DNA from: Chiloscyllium plagiosum
Taxonomy: Eukaryota
NCBI RefSeq assembly: GCF_004010195.1
Contig: NC_057719.1
Coordinates: 54,275,926-54,339,925, forward strand
Direction of reading: 5' to 3'
DNA: 64,000 nucleotides
The position numbers were made by a program, and so were the translations under genes. Positions 13,703-26,559 of this stretch are shown in pieces. How positions within the stretch are numbered: position 1 is the stretch's first letter; each line of letters opens with the position of its first letter. The notes under the pieces were generated by a model. The model ran no database searches and was not told where the DNA came from. It saw only the letters and a list, made by a program, of their open reading frames with translations.

Positions 13703-14027
13703 CATGGTGAGCCTCACATCTGCAGTGGAGAATGTGCTTCAGAGGTGGCAGGCCTCCACTTGCAATAAGCCAAATCAAATCAAAACAAAAATAATCAAGC
13801 CAAACCCTAAACTCGTGCTGAGTCTCAAATGAAGAAGCACTGTGCACAACTGGAGCATGATTGGATGAGCAGTTCTCTATTTTGACTGCCCCAATGCCTC
13901 AGGGATTCAGTTTGATGTCCACCTGCTTGGAGCTTCTGAACACTGAATGCACGCTGAAGTTCATCAAATGTTTGCTCACCCATTTTAATTTGGATGGAGG
14001 TAGGTTTTACATTGGCTATTCCAAACC

Positions 14028-14164
14028 CTGTATTCCTGATGTAGGGCTTTTGCCCGAAACGTCGATTTTCCTGCTCCTTGGGTGCTGCCTGAACTGCTGT
14101 GCTTTTCCAGCACCACTCTAATCCAGAATCTGGTTTCCAGCATCTGCAGTCATTGTTTTTACCT
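14028..14164 (+). mobile_element. Solo Penelope-terminus insert
   Basis: ctgatgtagggcttttgcccgaaacgtc; TSD tattccaaacc at 14017 and 14165. Confidence 0.78.
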
Positions 14165-14455
14165 TATTCCAAACCTTACAGAAATGCAGCAATCATGGAA
14201 CAGTAAGTTCCATTAAAGAGATGATGAAGAAAGGCCACATTATGTGGGGGCTCAGCTTAAGGGATTCTCACTCATTGCTCAACCCCCTCAGTGACAGCCC
14301 ACAACCTAACAAAATAACCAAATCTGCTCCCGCACAAATGGAAGTGAGGCAGTCTTTGGCTGGGTCTTCACAGTCTCAAAACCCAGAATTCACTCAGCAT
14401 GAGATTCTAGCTGTCAGATCAATGGAGCAAGCAGCTTGCTATAGTTATATGATGC

Positions 14456-14553
14456 TGAAAAATGTGTTGCTGGAAAAGCGCAGCAGGTCAGGCAGCATCC
14501 AAGGAGCAGGAGAATCGACGTTTCGGGCATAAGCCCTTCTTCAGGAATGGAAT
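14456..14553 (-). mobile_element. Solo Penelope-terminus insert with intact hammerhead core (14517-14544)
   Basis: Reverse complement ctgaagaagggcttatgcccgaaacgtc; 16-bp TSD tatagttata(t/c)gatgc at 14440 and 14554. Confidence 0.82.
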
Positions 14554-16325
14554 TATAGTTATACGATGCACCACTTAGATCCCAAGTATCCAAAGTTCAG
14601 TCATCTCCATTTTTTTCCTCTTTGCTGCCTTTCAGCTATCAGACTTAAAGGAAATGCAAGGAGAAGAATTTGAGCAGTGGGAATCAATGACATGGAAGAT
14701 CTTTGACTGTGGGAATGATTTGCTTTGGGGCAGAAGGCTGCCCAGTCATTTCCAGTGCACCATATGGTTTCATAGTCTCAAGTAAAATGACTCTGTCCCT
14801 GTGCTTGCCCGGTGAGTTGGGAGTAGAGGTATATCAGCTTCCTTGTTCTCTTGTTCCTCTTCTTGGTCTTTGCACTCCTGCAAAGATGCAGAGGGATCAT
14901 TAGCCGCCTTTTCCTCCCGTTCTTTACATTAAGAAGCCACAGTACTCTATTATCAATCTGGATACTTTTTCTGACAAATACTGAAGACCATGGTGTTAGA
15001 AAAGCATAGCAGGTCAGGCAGCATCCGAGGAGCAGGAGAATCGACATTTCAGGCATAAGCTCTTCATTCCTGCAGTCCTCTGAAGAGTGCCATACTTTGT
15101 CTCAGCATCTGAAATGTATCTTCAGCAAACCAATAGTTCAGTTAATGATCACTCAGGTGCCTTCTATTGTACCTTTCTTTTGCACCAGTGGTATACGTTC
15201 TCATTAGTGTTATCAGTATTGTTCTTACAGAGCAGTATTTACCTCCAAGGACATCTACATTGAGATGTGAATATCTGTATGAGCCATGGCTAGTACAGAA
15301 TTAAGTCTAATGACAACTTCCTAGATATCTAGCACCAAACTGTTGTTGCGTAATAATTGTTTTGCTGGTGACATACCAGCTACACATTAATGGAGTTGAA
15401 CCCCCCTCAGTTGGCCAATTATACTGGTTAATCCGAGGCTGCCTTCATTGCCATAGGTGAGTAACCTGTGATACCCCAAGATTGTGGGAAACCAGCCAGA
15501 GCAGCAAGTCCCAGGACCTTTTCCTGTTGCAAAGAGGAAATAGGCGACCTCGGCAAATACTGGTCCTTGGCAGGTGGACTAGCACTCCGCTAATTGTGAA
15601 ATCCTGCAAATTTCACCAGCAGACCTCTGAAGGCAGTCAGAGGCAAGGGAATTCGAGATAGTGGTGAATATGACTAGTGATGTACGGCCACCATGCCCAA
15701 TGCAGCTATTATTCCAGGAGAAAGCAGAAGTTAACAGTTCTGAACATTTGAGCTTCCTGTGACACTGTTATGTCGGAAAGCTGATCTCTATATGTTGTGG
15801 TGTGACTATATGTTGAAGCAGCATGTTCACCCCATGTACAGATGTTTACCCCATATTCACCCCATGTACAGCTGCTAGTGAAACTGGTGTTTCGGTTGCT
15901 GCTGGTAGTGCTACTCCCCTTGCTCCTTATTACAGTCCACTTCAGAACTACATTAACTGTTCCCTTACTGACAACTGGAAAATTGACAGCTGGAGGTTTC
16001 AGAACAACTAATACATATTTTTAATGTTGTCATTCTAGTTAAGCATAGAAAAATTGGTCTGTTTTCTGTTATTTTGGACAGATAACTTGAGACTCTGCAT
16101 ACTTTTGACAATTTTTTTTAACTTTGTGATGACTCCAGGAAAAACTAGGCATTATTTCAAGTGCACTAATCCAGTGGGGCATGACAAATTAAATTGGCTT
16201 TGTGCACATTTAAGTCTCAGAATCCAGTTCCATGAGGAATTTCTCATGCTTTAAGAAAAAATGCTTCAGTTAATTATGAAAGTCAATGAATCTGTTGGCT
16301 TCTTAAATCAGGGGCGCTTTATTAC

Positions 16326-16500
16326 GTGGAGGCTGGTACAATTGCGACATTTAAGAGGCATTTGGATGGGTATATGAATAGAAAGGGTTTGGAGGGATAT
16401 GGGCCAGGTGCTAGCAGGTGGGAGGGTTGGGATATCTGGTCGGCATGGACGGGTTGGACCAAAGGGTTTGTTTCCATGCTGTACATATCTATGACTCTAT
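16326..16500 (+). mobile_element. Short CR1 3' end
   Basis: EAGTIATFKRHLDGYM remnant plus ctatgactctat tail. Confidence 0.8.
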
Positions 16501-17754
16501 TGATATCAGCCCTCCAAAAGAAAATGTCAATTCCCATCCCCATCTCTGCACAAGTCCCTGTTATGTTGTTGCTTTAAGAACTGAGTATGCCTTTGAGGTA
16601 AGACCCAGGATAACAGCGATGTGACCAGCAATCATTAGATTAAGGTTGCGTATTAAGTTATTCTGTCAAGGCATGTTTTTACTTTGTCTGTTAAGTAAGC
16701 CTGATGGAGATTTTCAAGTAAATTGAACCTACGTTACTTACCAATCCAACATGAGAATGGTGACTCTGTGTTAAGGAGACTACCACAAGGATACAACATC
16801 TCCTCCCACACCAACAAACCAGCAGGTTACCATTCCACACTTCATGTTCCCAAAATGGAGACTTGCCATCCAGAAACATACACAGAAAATTGCATTTGTT
16901 GCAGTTTTCTGCAAATTATTTAACTCCAAAAATTACCCCATAATTTCCAACTTCATCTCTTGCAACCATCTTACTCCCCTCTGTTTATTTCTCTTGCTGC
17001 CAATAAGGTCCACAGGATGGAGATTTATTGAAAAGGACAATGTATTCCATAACTTGCAGAGTTGCTCGAAGAGTTCAAACAAGGATTCAGCCTCTAAACA
17101 TCACTTGGTACTGCAAGACAAACATTTTTTCTCAATATGTTTTGAGAATCCAGAAGCAATCTGTCTACAGTTACCTCCAATTTGCAGCAATCTTGTTCAT
17201 CTAGTAAGGTAGCAACTGATGTGAAAACTCAGTGCCAGCACCCTAATGTTTTTGATGTGTGTTTGATTGAGTCAAATTGACTGCCAGGTATTTTTCTTCA
17301 TGTGTTCAGAAATCTTTGCCAGTCATTTCTTTTATTCCATTATGTGTTTTAAACCGAGCAATGGTTCACTCTGTGTGGGTGTCTGAGCCATATTAGTTTC
17401 TATTTTTTATACTTCATCACTGTATGTTTCTTTGGTTCTTTTCTGACTTCTGTGTCGCTTTGTACCCTGCCCATTTACAGTCAGTGTTCTTCATAGCTAT
17501 TGATTTTTGAAGACTTTGTGTTTCTTCTTCGCTAATCACTCTGCATAACATACAAAATTAAGGATTTGCAGCCGAGCTGACCCTATTTTTATTTTCACCC
17601 TAATCATTACTCTTATACAGCTGTAGGATTCTGTTACAATTATTTGCAACTCTGCACTTCATTTATCCCGGGAGTGCTTCCATTATTTTGAAACAAGAAT
17701 TCTAATTTTCATAACACAGGTCAGAGTTAATCAAAATCCTATGAAAATAAAGTT

Positions 17755-18845
17755 ATACAGGTATACAGCATTGAAACAGACCCTTCGATCCAACTAGTCC
17801 ATGCCGACCATCTTCCCAAACCAAACTAATCTCACTTGTCTGCATTTGGCTCCTAATCCTCCAAGCCTTTCTAATTCATGTACTTATGCAAACATCTTCT
17901 AAATGATGCTACTGTATCTGCATCCACTTCTGCGTCTGGCAGTTCATCCCATATACAAACCACTCTCTGTGTAAAACATTTGCCGCCATATCCTTTTTAA
18001 ATCTTTCTCCTATCACCTTAAAAATATGCCCCACAATTTTGAACTCTCCCACCCTTGGGAAAAGACCTTTGCTATTCATCTTTTCTATGCCCTTCATGTT
18101 CTCTATCAGGCCTCCCTTAAGCCTCCTACGTTTCAGTGAAAAAAAGTCCCAGGCTGTCTTTATTACTCAATCTTTCCATTTCCTGGTAGAGCTTTTCTGA
18201 ACTCTCTTCAATTTAATAACATCCTTCCTTTAGCAGGGTGACCAGGATACTACCACAATACTACAGAATGTGGCCTCACCAACATCTTGTACAATCTCAA
18301 CATGACATTGCTCAAAGGTCTGAGAAATGAAGGCAAGCGTGCTAAATGCCTTCTTAACTACATGTGATGCAAATTGCAAAGAATCATGTAACTGAACAAT
18401 TAGGTCTCTCTGTTGAATAAAATTACTAGTGATTCTAACATTATTTATACAATTCCTTCACTTGTTTTACCAAAATGCAATACTTTGCATTTATCCAAAT
18501 TAAACTCCATTTGCCACTCCTCAGCCATTGACCCAATTGATCAAGATCTCTTTGTAATCTTAGATAGCCTTCTTCTTTGTCCACCACACCACCAATTTTG
18601 GTGTCATCTGCATACTTACTAATCAAGTCTCCTAAATTTTCATCCAAATCATTTATATAAATGACAAACAGTAGAGGACCCCATACCGATCCCTGTAGAA
18701 CATGACTGGTCACAGGCCTTCAGACCGAAAAACAACCCTCTATCTGTCTCCTGCTCTCAAGTCAATTTTGTATCGAATGGCCAAGCTCATCCTGAATCCC
18801 ATATGATTTAACTTCACTAACTAGTCTACTGTGCAGAACCCTGCA
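17755..18845 (-). mobile_element. CR1 LINE 3' half, decayed
   Basis: Minus ORF with [18 protein letters not shown] and a CR1 3'UTR. Confidence 0.85.
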
Positions 18846-19729
18846 AAAGGATCTTAAAACAATTAAATATGAAATATAATATTCCAAAAAAAATGCATGA
18901 CCTGTTACAGAGGTCACTTTATTTGGATGCTACTGGGAAATAAATGGACTGCAACATTGTCTATTCAGTAAGAATTTTGATTCTACTTTTATTAGTTGCT
19001 TTATTCCTTTTAAGATGTTTGTCTCATGTAGGTCACAGTAATGTCCACAATGATATAAGGAAATAATGTGTCTTGTTCCAGCTATTTCTCTTCCCATGTC
19101 CATTTGAAAAGGTGGCAACTTGTGGTGGGGTAAATTTGTTCTGCTGTGTGTTTTACAATATAATGGTTCATTTTGAGCAATTACCTGAACCATGTGTGTT
19201 TTTTTTTGTATTTCTCACTTTAAGTTACTTTGTTTCTTTTGTACTTCCACAATGTCACATAAGATATCATGCTATTTCATTGATAAATGCATTATATTGT
19301 CATGTAAATACCTCATATAATCTCAATTACATTGCTGAAATATTACATAATAATGATTCAATATCATTGATTAAAATTAAAATTGAGATTTGTTATATGC
19401 CTTTTGGAAAACCAGCAGCACAACCCTCTAGTTTTCCCTTCATCCATCTTTTTGTTAAGTAATTAAGACAATGTTTAAGTTGTAAACAAGCCAGTTTTAC
19501 ACTGCACTACACTTCTCTACCATGGAATATATTTCCCAACTTGTCAGGGTGACTGATTTGAGTGCACAGTAGGTACAGTTTCTTTGGTAAAATTAGGAGA
19601 ATGGGATGACTTCTAACCATGGAAATTGACAGACTGCTACTCAAAGAAATTTTCAATCGTAGTGCTTTCATTTTTTTGAAGGCATGACCCCCTGGAATGT
19701 GACAACTGTAACTATTATCAAGAATGGAG

Positions 19730-20110
19730 ATGATTCCTGATGAAGGGTTTTTGTCCAAAATGTCGATTCTCCTGCTCCTTGGATGTTGCCTGACCTGCTG
19801 TGCTTTTCCAGCACCACACTCTCGACTCTAATCTCCAGCATCTGGAGTCCTCAAGTTTGCCAAGTAGGGAGTTGAATCATGTTGTTGAAACTATTGTGGT
19901 ATTATCCTGTTGTTCATAGCAGCAAAGTGCTGACATCCATCTACCTATTGCACTCTCAGTTACCTTTCCCCTAGCCCCACCCTCCCCATTTATCTCTCCA
20001 CCGCCTCAGCTCACAGCCTTCCTGGTGAAGGGCTTTTGCCTGAAATGTTGACTGTCCTGCTCCTCAGATGTTGCCTGACCTGCTGTGCTTTCCCAGCACT
20101 ACACTCTGCA
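19730..20110 (+). mobile_element. Two tandem degraded Penelope-terminus copies
   Basis: ctgatgaagggt..aaaatgtc and ctggtgaagggc..gaaatgtt. The second carries the same pyrimidine-rich UTR as 11650-11740. Further scraps occur at ~6577, 14990, 25975, 27312 (TSD aaccactgatccaa), 28972, 39822, 42455 and 42770. Confidence 0.7.
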
Positions 20111-20156
20111 CATTAGTCTTTGGCTGAGAAAACCCTGCCAGGAATACCTGAGGAAT

Positions 20157-20676
20157 CTCCCTCAGGCAGCTGAGGAAATTTGGCATGATGGCGAATACCC
20201 TTGTCAACCTTTATACATGCGCCATTGAGAGCATTCTGTCTGGATGTGACACTAACCGATATCGCAACTGTACCATTCAAGATTGGAGACAGTTACAGGG
20301 AGTGGTGAACTCGGCCCAGACAATCACAAAGGCCAATGTCTCATCTATCTAATCCATCTACCAGGCCTGCTGTCAAGGAAAGGATGCAAGCATTCTCAAA
20401 GATTCATCCCACCTGGCAGTGTGAAGGGAGAAGGTATAGAAGCCTGAACACACGCACCAGCTGGTTTCAAAACAGTTTCTACCCTACTGTTGTAAGAATA
20501 CTGAATGGACTCACAAACTCTTAACATTCACCTGTACCTGTGTTTTTGTTTTTGCTGCTGTTTACCTATTATTTACTTATCTATGCTACTTAACTCTGAT
20601 CTGCCTGTATTGCTCGCAAGATAAAGCTTTTCATTGTGCCTCGGGACACGTGACAATAAATTCAATTCAATTCAAT
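20157..20676 (+). mobile_element. Rex1/Babar-type LINE 3' fragment
   Basis: LRQLRKFG..FYTCAIESIL-like remnant, RRYRSL..RTSWFQNSFYP, aataaa and (aattc)n tail. Confidence 0.75.
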
Positions 20677-21299
20677 ACCATGCACATTTAGACCTTCACT
20701 TCTGACATGGTTTTTGTTGCCAGATAAGAAAATCGATGAAGTTGAGAACAACACGAAGAACTCTTTTTTGCATTCATTCAATCATGTGGTCTGTGGATTT
20801 GAGCATCCAAGAAACTTTATCATAACCCTGCAAGGGTTTCGTCTTTTGACTGCAACCGTTCTGAGTGCGCAATATGAAACAGATGATTTTAAAAGATGAA
20901 CCAGTATTGTACAAGGATATTTGATAATACCCATGCTACTTAAAATATACTTTACAGCAGTTATTCACTTCATTAAAGCTTAAAACCCTCTGGCATGAAC
21001 ATTATATACTGGCAAGATGGAAAACTCAAAATCTGATTCTTGGAAATAGGGTGGACCAAATAGATCAAGTCAATGAATCATTCAGGAGTTGGTGATAATT
21101 GTACTGTATGTTTAGGAGAATGACAATGGTCAAAGCAGAGTAAGAAAAACCATTTGGAAGAGAGTTGACTTCAGTGGGAAAAGCATGGGGTTGAGTCGAT
21201 TATGATGGAATGAAAGATTGGTGGAAAAAACTGGAACGGAGCAAAGAATTAGCTACAAAATAAGTGATCGGTCATATGCACTCATGATCTATTCCCTCA

Positions 21300-21600
21300 A
21301 CAGGAAAAGATAGACCAAACAAATCCAGAGCTCCCTCAATAAAACAGAGATAGAGAGGAAGATCAAGAACATATTTGCTATGACAAGTGTCAGGTAGATA
21401 ATACAATTGAGAACGAAAAGGAACACAAAAAGTTTAGAGGGAAAGTGAAAATGCACAGTAAAGACACAAAGAGGAATTATGGGAAAACACTATCAGTCAA
21501 CACAAAGGGGAATCCAAAAATTTTCCATAGGTATATAAATAGCAAGAGAATGGTAAATGAATAATTCGGGCTAATTTGGGACAAAAGGCGACTTGACACA
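21300..21600 (+). mobile_element. Degraded CR1 ORF2 fragment (APE-RT linker)
   Basis: KGNPKIFHRYINSKR-like remnant. Confidence 0.55.
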
Positions 21601-21858
21601 TGCAGCCCCATTATTTCCTGAGTCATCACAGATATGAATATTTAATTAAATCACTGTGCAGCTGGACCTTATCAAATTGTCTGAATCAGGATAAAATAAT
21701 AGGCATGCCAAGTTTTTCATTAACTAGAAGACAACTATTTATTGTGATAAAACTTTCATATGCATGGTTAGAAAGAAACATGAATTGTTAAGTTATATCT
21801 TAAACACTATGCCTTTTAAAAATTCCAATGTACAAACAAACACACAAACAGGCAAGAT

Positions 21859-22188
21859 GGACAGCATGGTGACTCAGTGGTTAGCACTGCTGCCTCACAC
21901 CACCAGGGACCCAGGATCAATTCTACCCTCAGGGAACTGTCTGTGTGGGGTTTGCACATTTTCCCTGTGTCTGTGTGGATTTCCTCCAGATGCTCCGGTT
22001 TCCTCCCACAGTCTAAAGATGTGCAGGTCAGGTGAATTGGCCATGCTAAATTACCCATAGTGTTAGGTGCTTTAGCCTGGGGTAAATATAGAGTTAGGAG
22101 AATGGATGTGGGTGGGTTATTCTTCAGAGAGTTGTTGTGGACTTGTTGGGCCAAATGGTCTGTTTTCATACTATAAGGAATCTAATCT
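21859..22188 (+). mobile_element. HE1-type SINE
   Basis: A/B boxes, HE1 body and aatctaatct tail. Confidence 0.88.
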
Positions 22189-23829
22189 TAAAAAAAAGAC
22201 CAAGGACATTACGTGTGAAAAAAAGAGAAAAAGAAATCCAGGGAGAAACACTAGGGCAAAATCAATCTGGACCACAGGGGTTGAAGTGTTTTCATCAAGC
22301 TTCTTCAGTCTGCTTTCAATTTGTTGTTAATGACACAGGGTTGTTTGCAGGCTGATGTTGTATTTCATTCACAGGTTGAGAGGTTGCCCTTTCAGCCCCT
22401 CTGAAGACGGTTTTTCCCCTTTTTCCTTTCAATAGGCAATCTGCAGAGAGAACAATTTACAGGGTAATGCTGAGTCAGAACAGCCACTGGGAGATTCTGT
22501 GTTCCTTCTCTATAGGAGTGGTGCTTTCATTTTCCAGGCTAGATTATTTCTGTTGTATTGGCCGCATTCCGTACTGTCACTATTTGCCCCAGAACCAATC
22601 AAGTGTTTAATTGTGGTATCTAATATCTTCCCATATCTTCCCACAAGGCAACATTATAGATATAACCCACAATGAATTCCAGTAACTTGCTTTTGGTCAA
22701 AAATGAAACGTCTTGCACAGTTTCTTTCATTTAAAACAGCATATTTTCCCATATTTTGTCTATCATCAATGTATCCAACACATCTTCCAGATTTAGAGGG
22801 AGGATCCCAATCAAACACTTGTGTTCTTCTTGAAACCAGTTCCAGAAGCATTCAGGTAAATTTAATCTCAGGCAAAGCCAACCAGCAGAGGTGGTGCACA
22901 GCAGTATACAATGGGGAGGAAGATCCCTCCGGAGTCTTCAACATTGACTCCAGACCTAATGAAGTTGCATGGCTTCAGGTTAAACATGGGCAAGGAAGCC
23001 TCCTGCTGATTACTATGCACTACCCACCCTCACCTGATGAACTGGTACTCCTCCATGTTGAACAAAACTTGGAGGAAGCTCTGAGGCTGGCAAGGGTACA
23101 AAACGTACTCTGAGTGGGGAATTTCAGTGTCCACTTCCAAAAATGGCTTGGCAGCATGACTACTAATCAAGCTGATCAGGTTCTAAAGGACACAGCAGCT
23201 AGACTGGGTTTGTGGCAGGTGGTAAAGGAACCCAACACGTGGGAAAAACATACTTGACGTAATCCTTACCAATCTGCCAGCTGCAGAGGGATCTGTCCAT
23301 TACAGTATCGGTAAGAGCGACCACCGCACAGTCCTTGTAGAGACAAAGTTCCACGTTCACATTGAAAATAACCTCCAATCATGTTGTGTGGCACCATCAC
23401 CATACTAAGTGGGACAGACTTCAAACAGATCAAGTAGCTCAAGACTGAGCAACTATGAAACACTGTGAGCCACCAACACCAGCAGAATTATATTTCTGCG
23501 CAATCTGCAACTTCATAGCCCAGCATAACCCCCACTCAACCATTACCATCAAACCAGGAGATTAACCCTGGTTCATTAGAGAGTGCAGAACGGCATGCCA
23601 GCAGCAGCACCTGAAAATGAGTTGTCAACCTGATGAAGCTACCAAACAGCATAAACAGCAAGTGACAGACAGACCCACAACCAACAGATCAAATCTAAAC
23701 TCTGCAATCCTGCCACATCCAGTTGTGAAAGGTGGTGACAATTAAACAACACACCAAACCAAGACGCTCCATTAATATCCTCCTCCTCAATACTGGAAGA
23801 GCCCAGCACATCAATACAAAAATAAGGCC

Positions 23830-24185
23830 GAGGGGTCTTCCATACATTGGTTCCATCTATACTTCCTGCTATCTTGGAAAAAACCGACATGATCAAAGCC
23901 ACCTCCCACCCCAGCTACACTCTCTTCCACCCTCTTCCCTCAAGCAGAAGATGTAAACACTTGAATGCACATACAAACAGTTTCAATAACAGTTTCTTTC
24001 TTGCTATTATGAGACTTTTGAACAGACCTCTCAAATGTTAATGTTGATCTCTCTCTCTCTCTCTCTCTCTCTGTGCTCCTTCTCTGCAGCTGTAATTCTG
24101 CATCCTGTTCTGCAATCCTGATACACTTTGTATGGTACAACCTGCCTGTATGGCACACAAAACAATCATTTTTCACGGTTACAAC
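23830..24185 (+). mobile_element. Rex1/Babar-type 3' fragment containing a (CT)n microsatellite (24048-24072)
   Basis: SHPSYTLFHPLPSSRR..FNNSFF remnant. Confidence 0.7.
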
Positions 24186-24268
24186 ACTGGCATCCACTCC
24201 ATAATGCAGAAATTTGCCCTGGATGTCCTGTGCACAAAAAGCAGGATAAATCTAACCCAGGTGATTTC

Positions 24269-24498
24269 ACCAAAAGAGAAAATGCTGGAAAATCTCAGCA
24301 GGTCTGGCAGCATCTGTAAGGAGAAAAGAGCTGATGTTTTGAGTCTAACTGACCCTTTGTCAGCTTTGACAAAGGGTCAGTTAGACTCGAAACGTCAGCT
24401 CTTTTCTCTCCTTACAGATGCTGCCAGACCTGCTGAGATTTTCCAGCATTTTCTCTTTTGGTTTCAGATTCCAGCATCCACTGTAATTTGCTTTTATT
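24269..24498. mobile_element. Palindromic element of a second Penelope-terminus family
   Basis: ~94-bp inverted arms (24269-24362 / 24367-24461). Degenerate hammerhead ttgacaaagggtc..gactcgaaacgtc. Flanks caggtgatttcacc / caggtgaatacacc. Confidence 0.8.
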
Positions 24499-24674
24499 CA
24501 GGTGAATACACCCCCATCAGTTTACTCTCAATCATCAGTAAAGTGTTGGAAGCTCTCACTGAATTTCTTCAGCATTGGCATTGCTAATTGGAAGGAAGTT
24601 GCCATCCATTGTTCAAACTGGCAACAACCTGTCCCTCAAGCTGCCTTCATAACTAAAAGCTCTTATTTCTGCGA

Positions 24675-24838
24675 TGCTGATTGAGGGATAAATATTGGCC
24701 AGGATACCTGGCTAGTTCCCTTGCTCCTCTACAAAAAAGTACAACAGAACCTTTCACATCCACCCAAGAAAGTAGATGCGCCCTCTGTTTAATGTCTCAT
24801 CTGAAATAAAGCACCTCCAACAGTGCAGAGCTTCCTAA
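24675..24838 (-). mobile_element. DeuSINE (SacSINE1/AmnSINE1-like) Deu-domain fragment
   Basis: gagggataaatattggccagga...catccacc...gtttaatgtctcatctgaaa...cacctccaacagtgcag matches the Deu domain as I recall it. Confidence 0.65.
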
Positions 24839-26186
24839 AGTAAGGGGTTCTTAAGCCTCTTCTCACCAGTAGCCTGTATACAGGCTAGAATGTTGTCAGA
24901 AGCCTTTATCGAGCACTTTCAGTGTGCAAGGATGAAGGGTGGGGCAGATCTTTAACAGGAAGGAAATAGCTCTGGGGAGGAGTGGTAAAATATAAGAGCA
25001 TCAAAGCAGAGCAGAAGAAATGAATGGAAAGGATTAAGAAAAGAGTTAGTGTGTTTTTTTGAAAAAGCACATCGGGCCAACCATTATGACTGCACCAGAC
25101 TGGAGGCAAAAATCAGTATTCAATTCAGTTCTCATAAAGAGTTATCTAGACTTTAAACGTTAGCTTGCTTTCTCTCCATGGATGCTTCCTGACCCACTGT
25201 GATCTCCACATTTTTTATTTTCAGTAGAGAAAAGCAATACTTGTAAATGAACATAGTGGTCCTCCATTTTGAATTGTATTTAATAAGTCCAATCAAAATG
25301 CATCATTCACAGGTTTTCCTATACTTCCTTCTGGAGGGTGACAGACCTCAAACTTGGATCATTCAGGCTGCACCCAGAGTTGGACCACATGAAGATTTAG
25401 TGCTACCTTGCAACTGTTCATTCAGTCTGTTGTATTGCTGATCACAGCTTGATAATACCACAATTTGATTGCTTTTTTTAAATTCAGTAATTCAGATTTC
25501 ATGAATATTTCATGACTCCAACTTTATCTTCTGCATATCTCATCATACAAGGTTTACAGTTTTATATAGATATTGCTTAACCTAACTACTCAACTCTTTT
25601 CATCAATAAATATGCTAACTCTTCAAAACTGGACAGTTAATTCAGTTCTATTTACGCTCTGTCATTCTGACCCAATTTAATATCATAATTGATCAACAAT
25701 ATTTATCATGTACATTTGATAGCATACCCATCAAAAACTAATTCCATTCATTATCTTCATAATAGAATAGCATTAGGGACCAGTTGGCCTATTTCTGGAT
25801 TAATAATAGGTTAGAGGGTCTTCTTGCAATGAAAAATTGCCATAATGTGACTTGCTGTTCAAGACAGAAAGTTAGCAAATTTCTTTGGTGCATTTGGAGA
25901 CTTTCTGAAGTGATATATTCCAAAAGCAATTATAAACAACATCATCGTTCAAATAAAGGACTATAAGATGTCAGGGTTTATGCCTCAAATGTAGATTTTC
26001 CTGCTCCTTGGATGCTGCCTGACCTTCTGTGCTTTTCCAGTGCCACATTCTCAATACAGGATGTCTGTCTCACCCATGCCAACTGCAAGACTGATGATCT
26101 CATAATGTGTTCTACAACCTTCATGAGCATGGCCCAAAAATGGCAGTGTCTATAAAAGCATTGTCACAAGACATTCAATCGCATTG

Positions 26187-26550
26187 GAGTCAGAGAGTCA
26201 TAGAGATATACATCACAGAAACAGACGTTTGGGTTCAACTTCTCCATACGGACCAGATATCCTAAACTGACCTAGTTCCATTTGTCAGCACTTGACCCAT
26301 ATCCCTCCAAACCTTTCCTATTCATATACCCATTCAGATATCTTTTAAATGTTGTAATTGTACCAGCCTCCATCACTTCCTCTGGCAGTTTATTCCACAC
26401 ACACACTACCCTTAACATGAAAACGTTGCCCCTTAGGTCCCTTTTAAATCTTTCCCCTCTCACCCTAAACCTACACCCTTTAGTTCTGGATTCCCCCAAC
26501 CCAAGAAAAAGATCTTGTCTATTTAGCCTATCCATACCCCTCATGATTTT
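26187..26550 (-). mobile_element. CR1 LINE 3' fragment
   Basis: KIMRGMDR...WNKLPEEVMEAG plus a gagtcatagag-type tail. Confidence 0.85.
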
Positions 26551-26559
26551 CAAGGACTC

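Larger units (their letters stand above)
22870..24545 (+). mobile_element. CR1/L2-clade LINE ORF2 fragment (APE to RT start), interrupted by two later insertions
   Basis: EVAWLQVK..YPP, PTRGKNILDVIL and SDH motifs; resumes as PISLLSIISKV at ~24510. Confidence 0.7.

Noticed and set aside
15822..15873. Short imperfect tandem (ttcaccccatgtacag)
   Set aside because: Two to three copies, consistent with ordinary slippage; no further structure.
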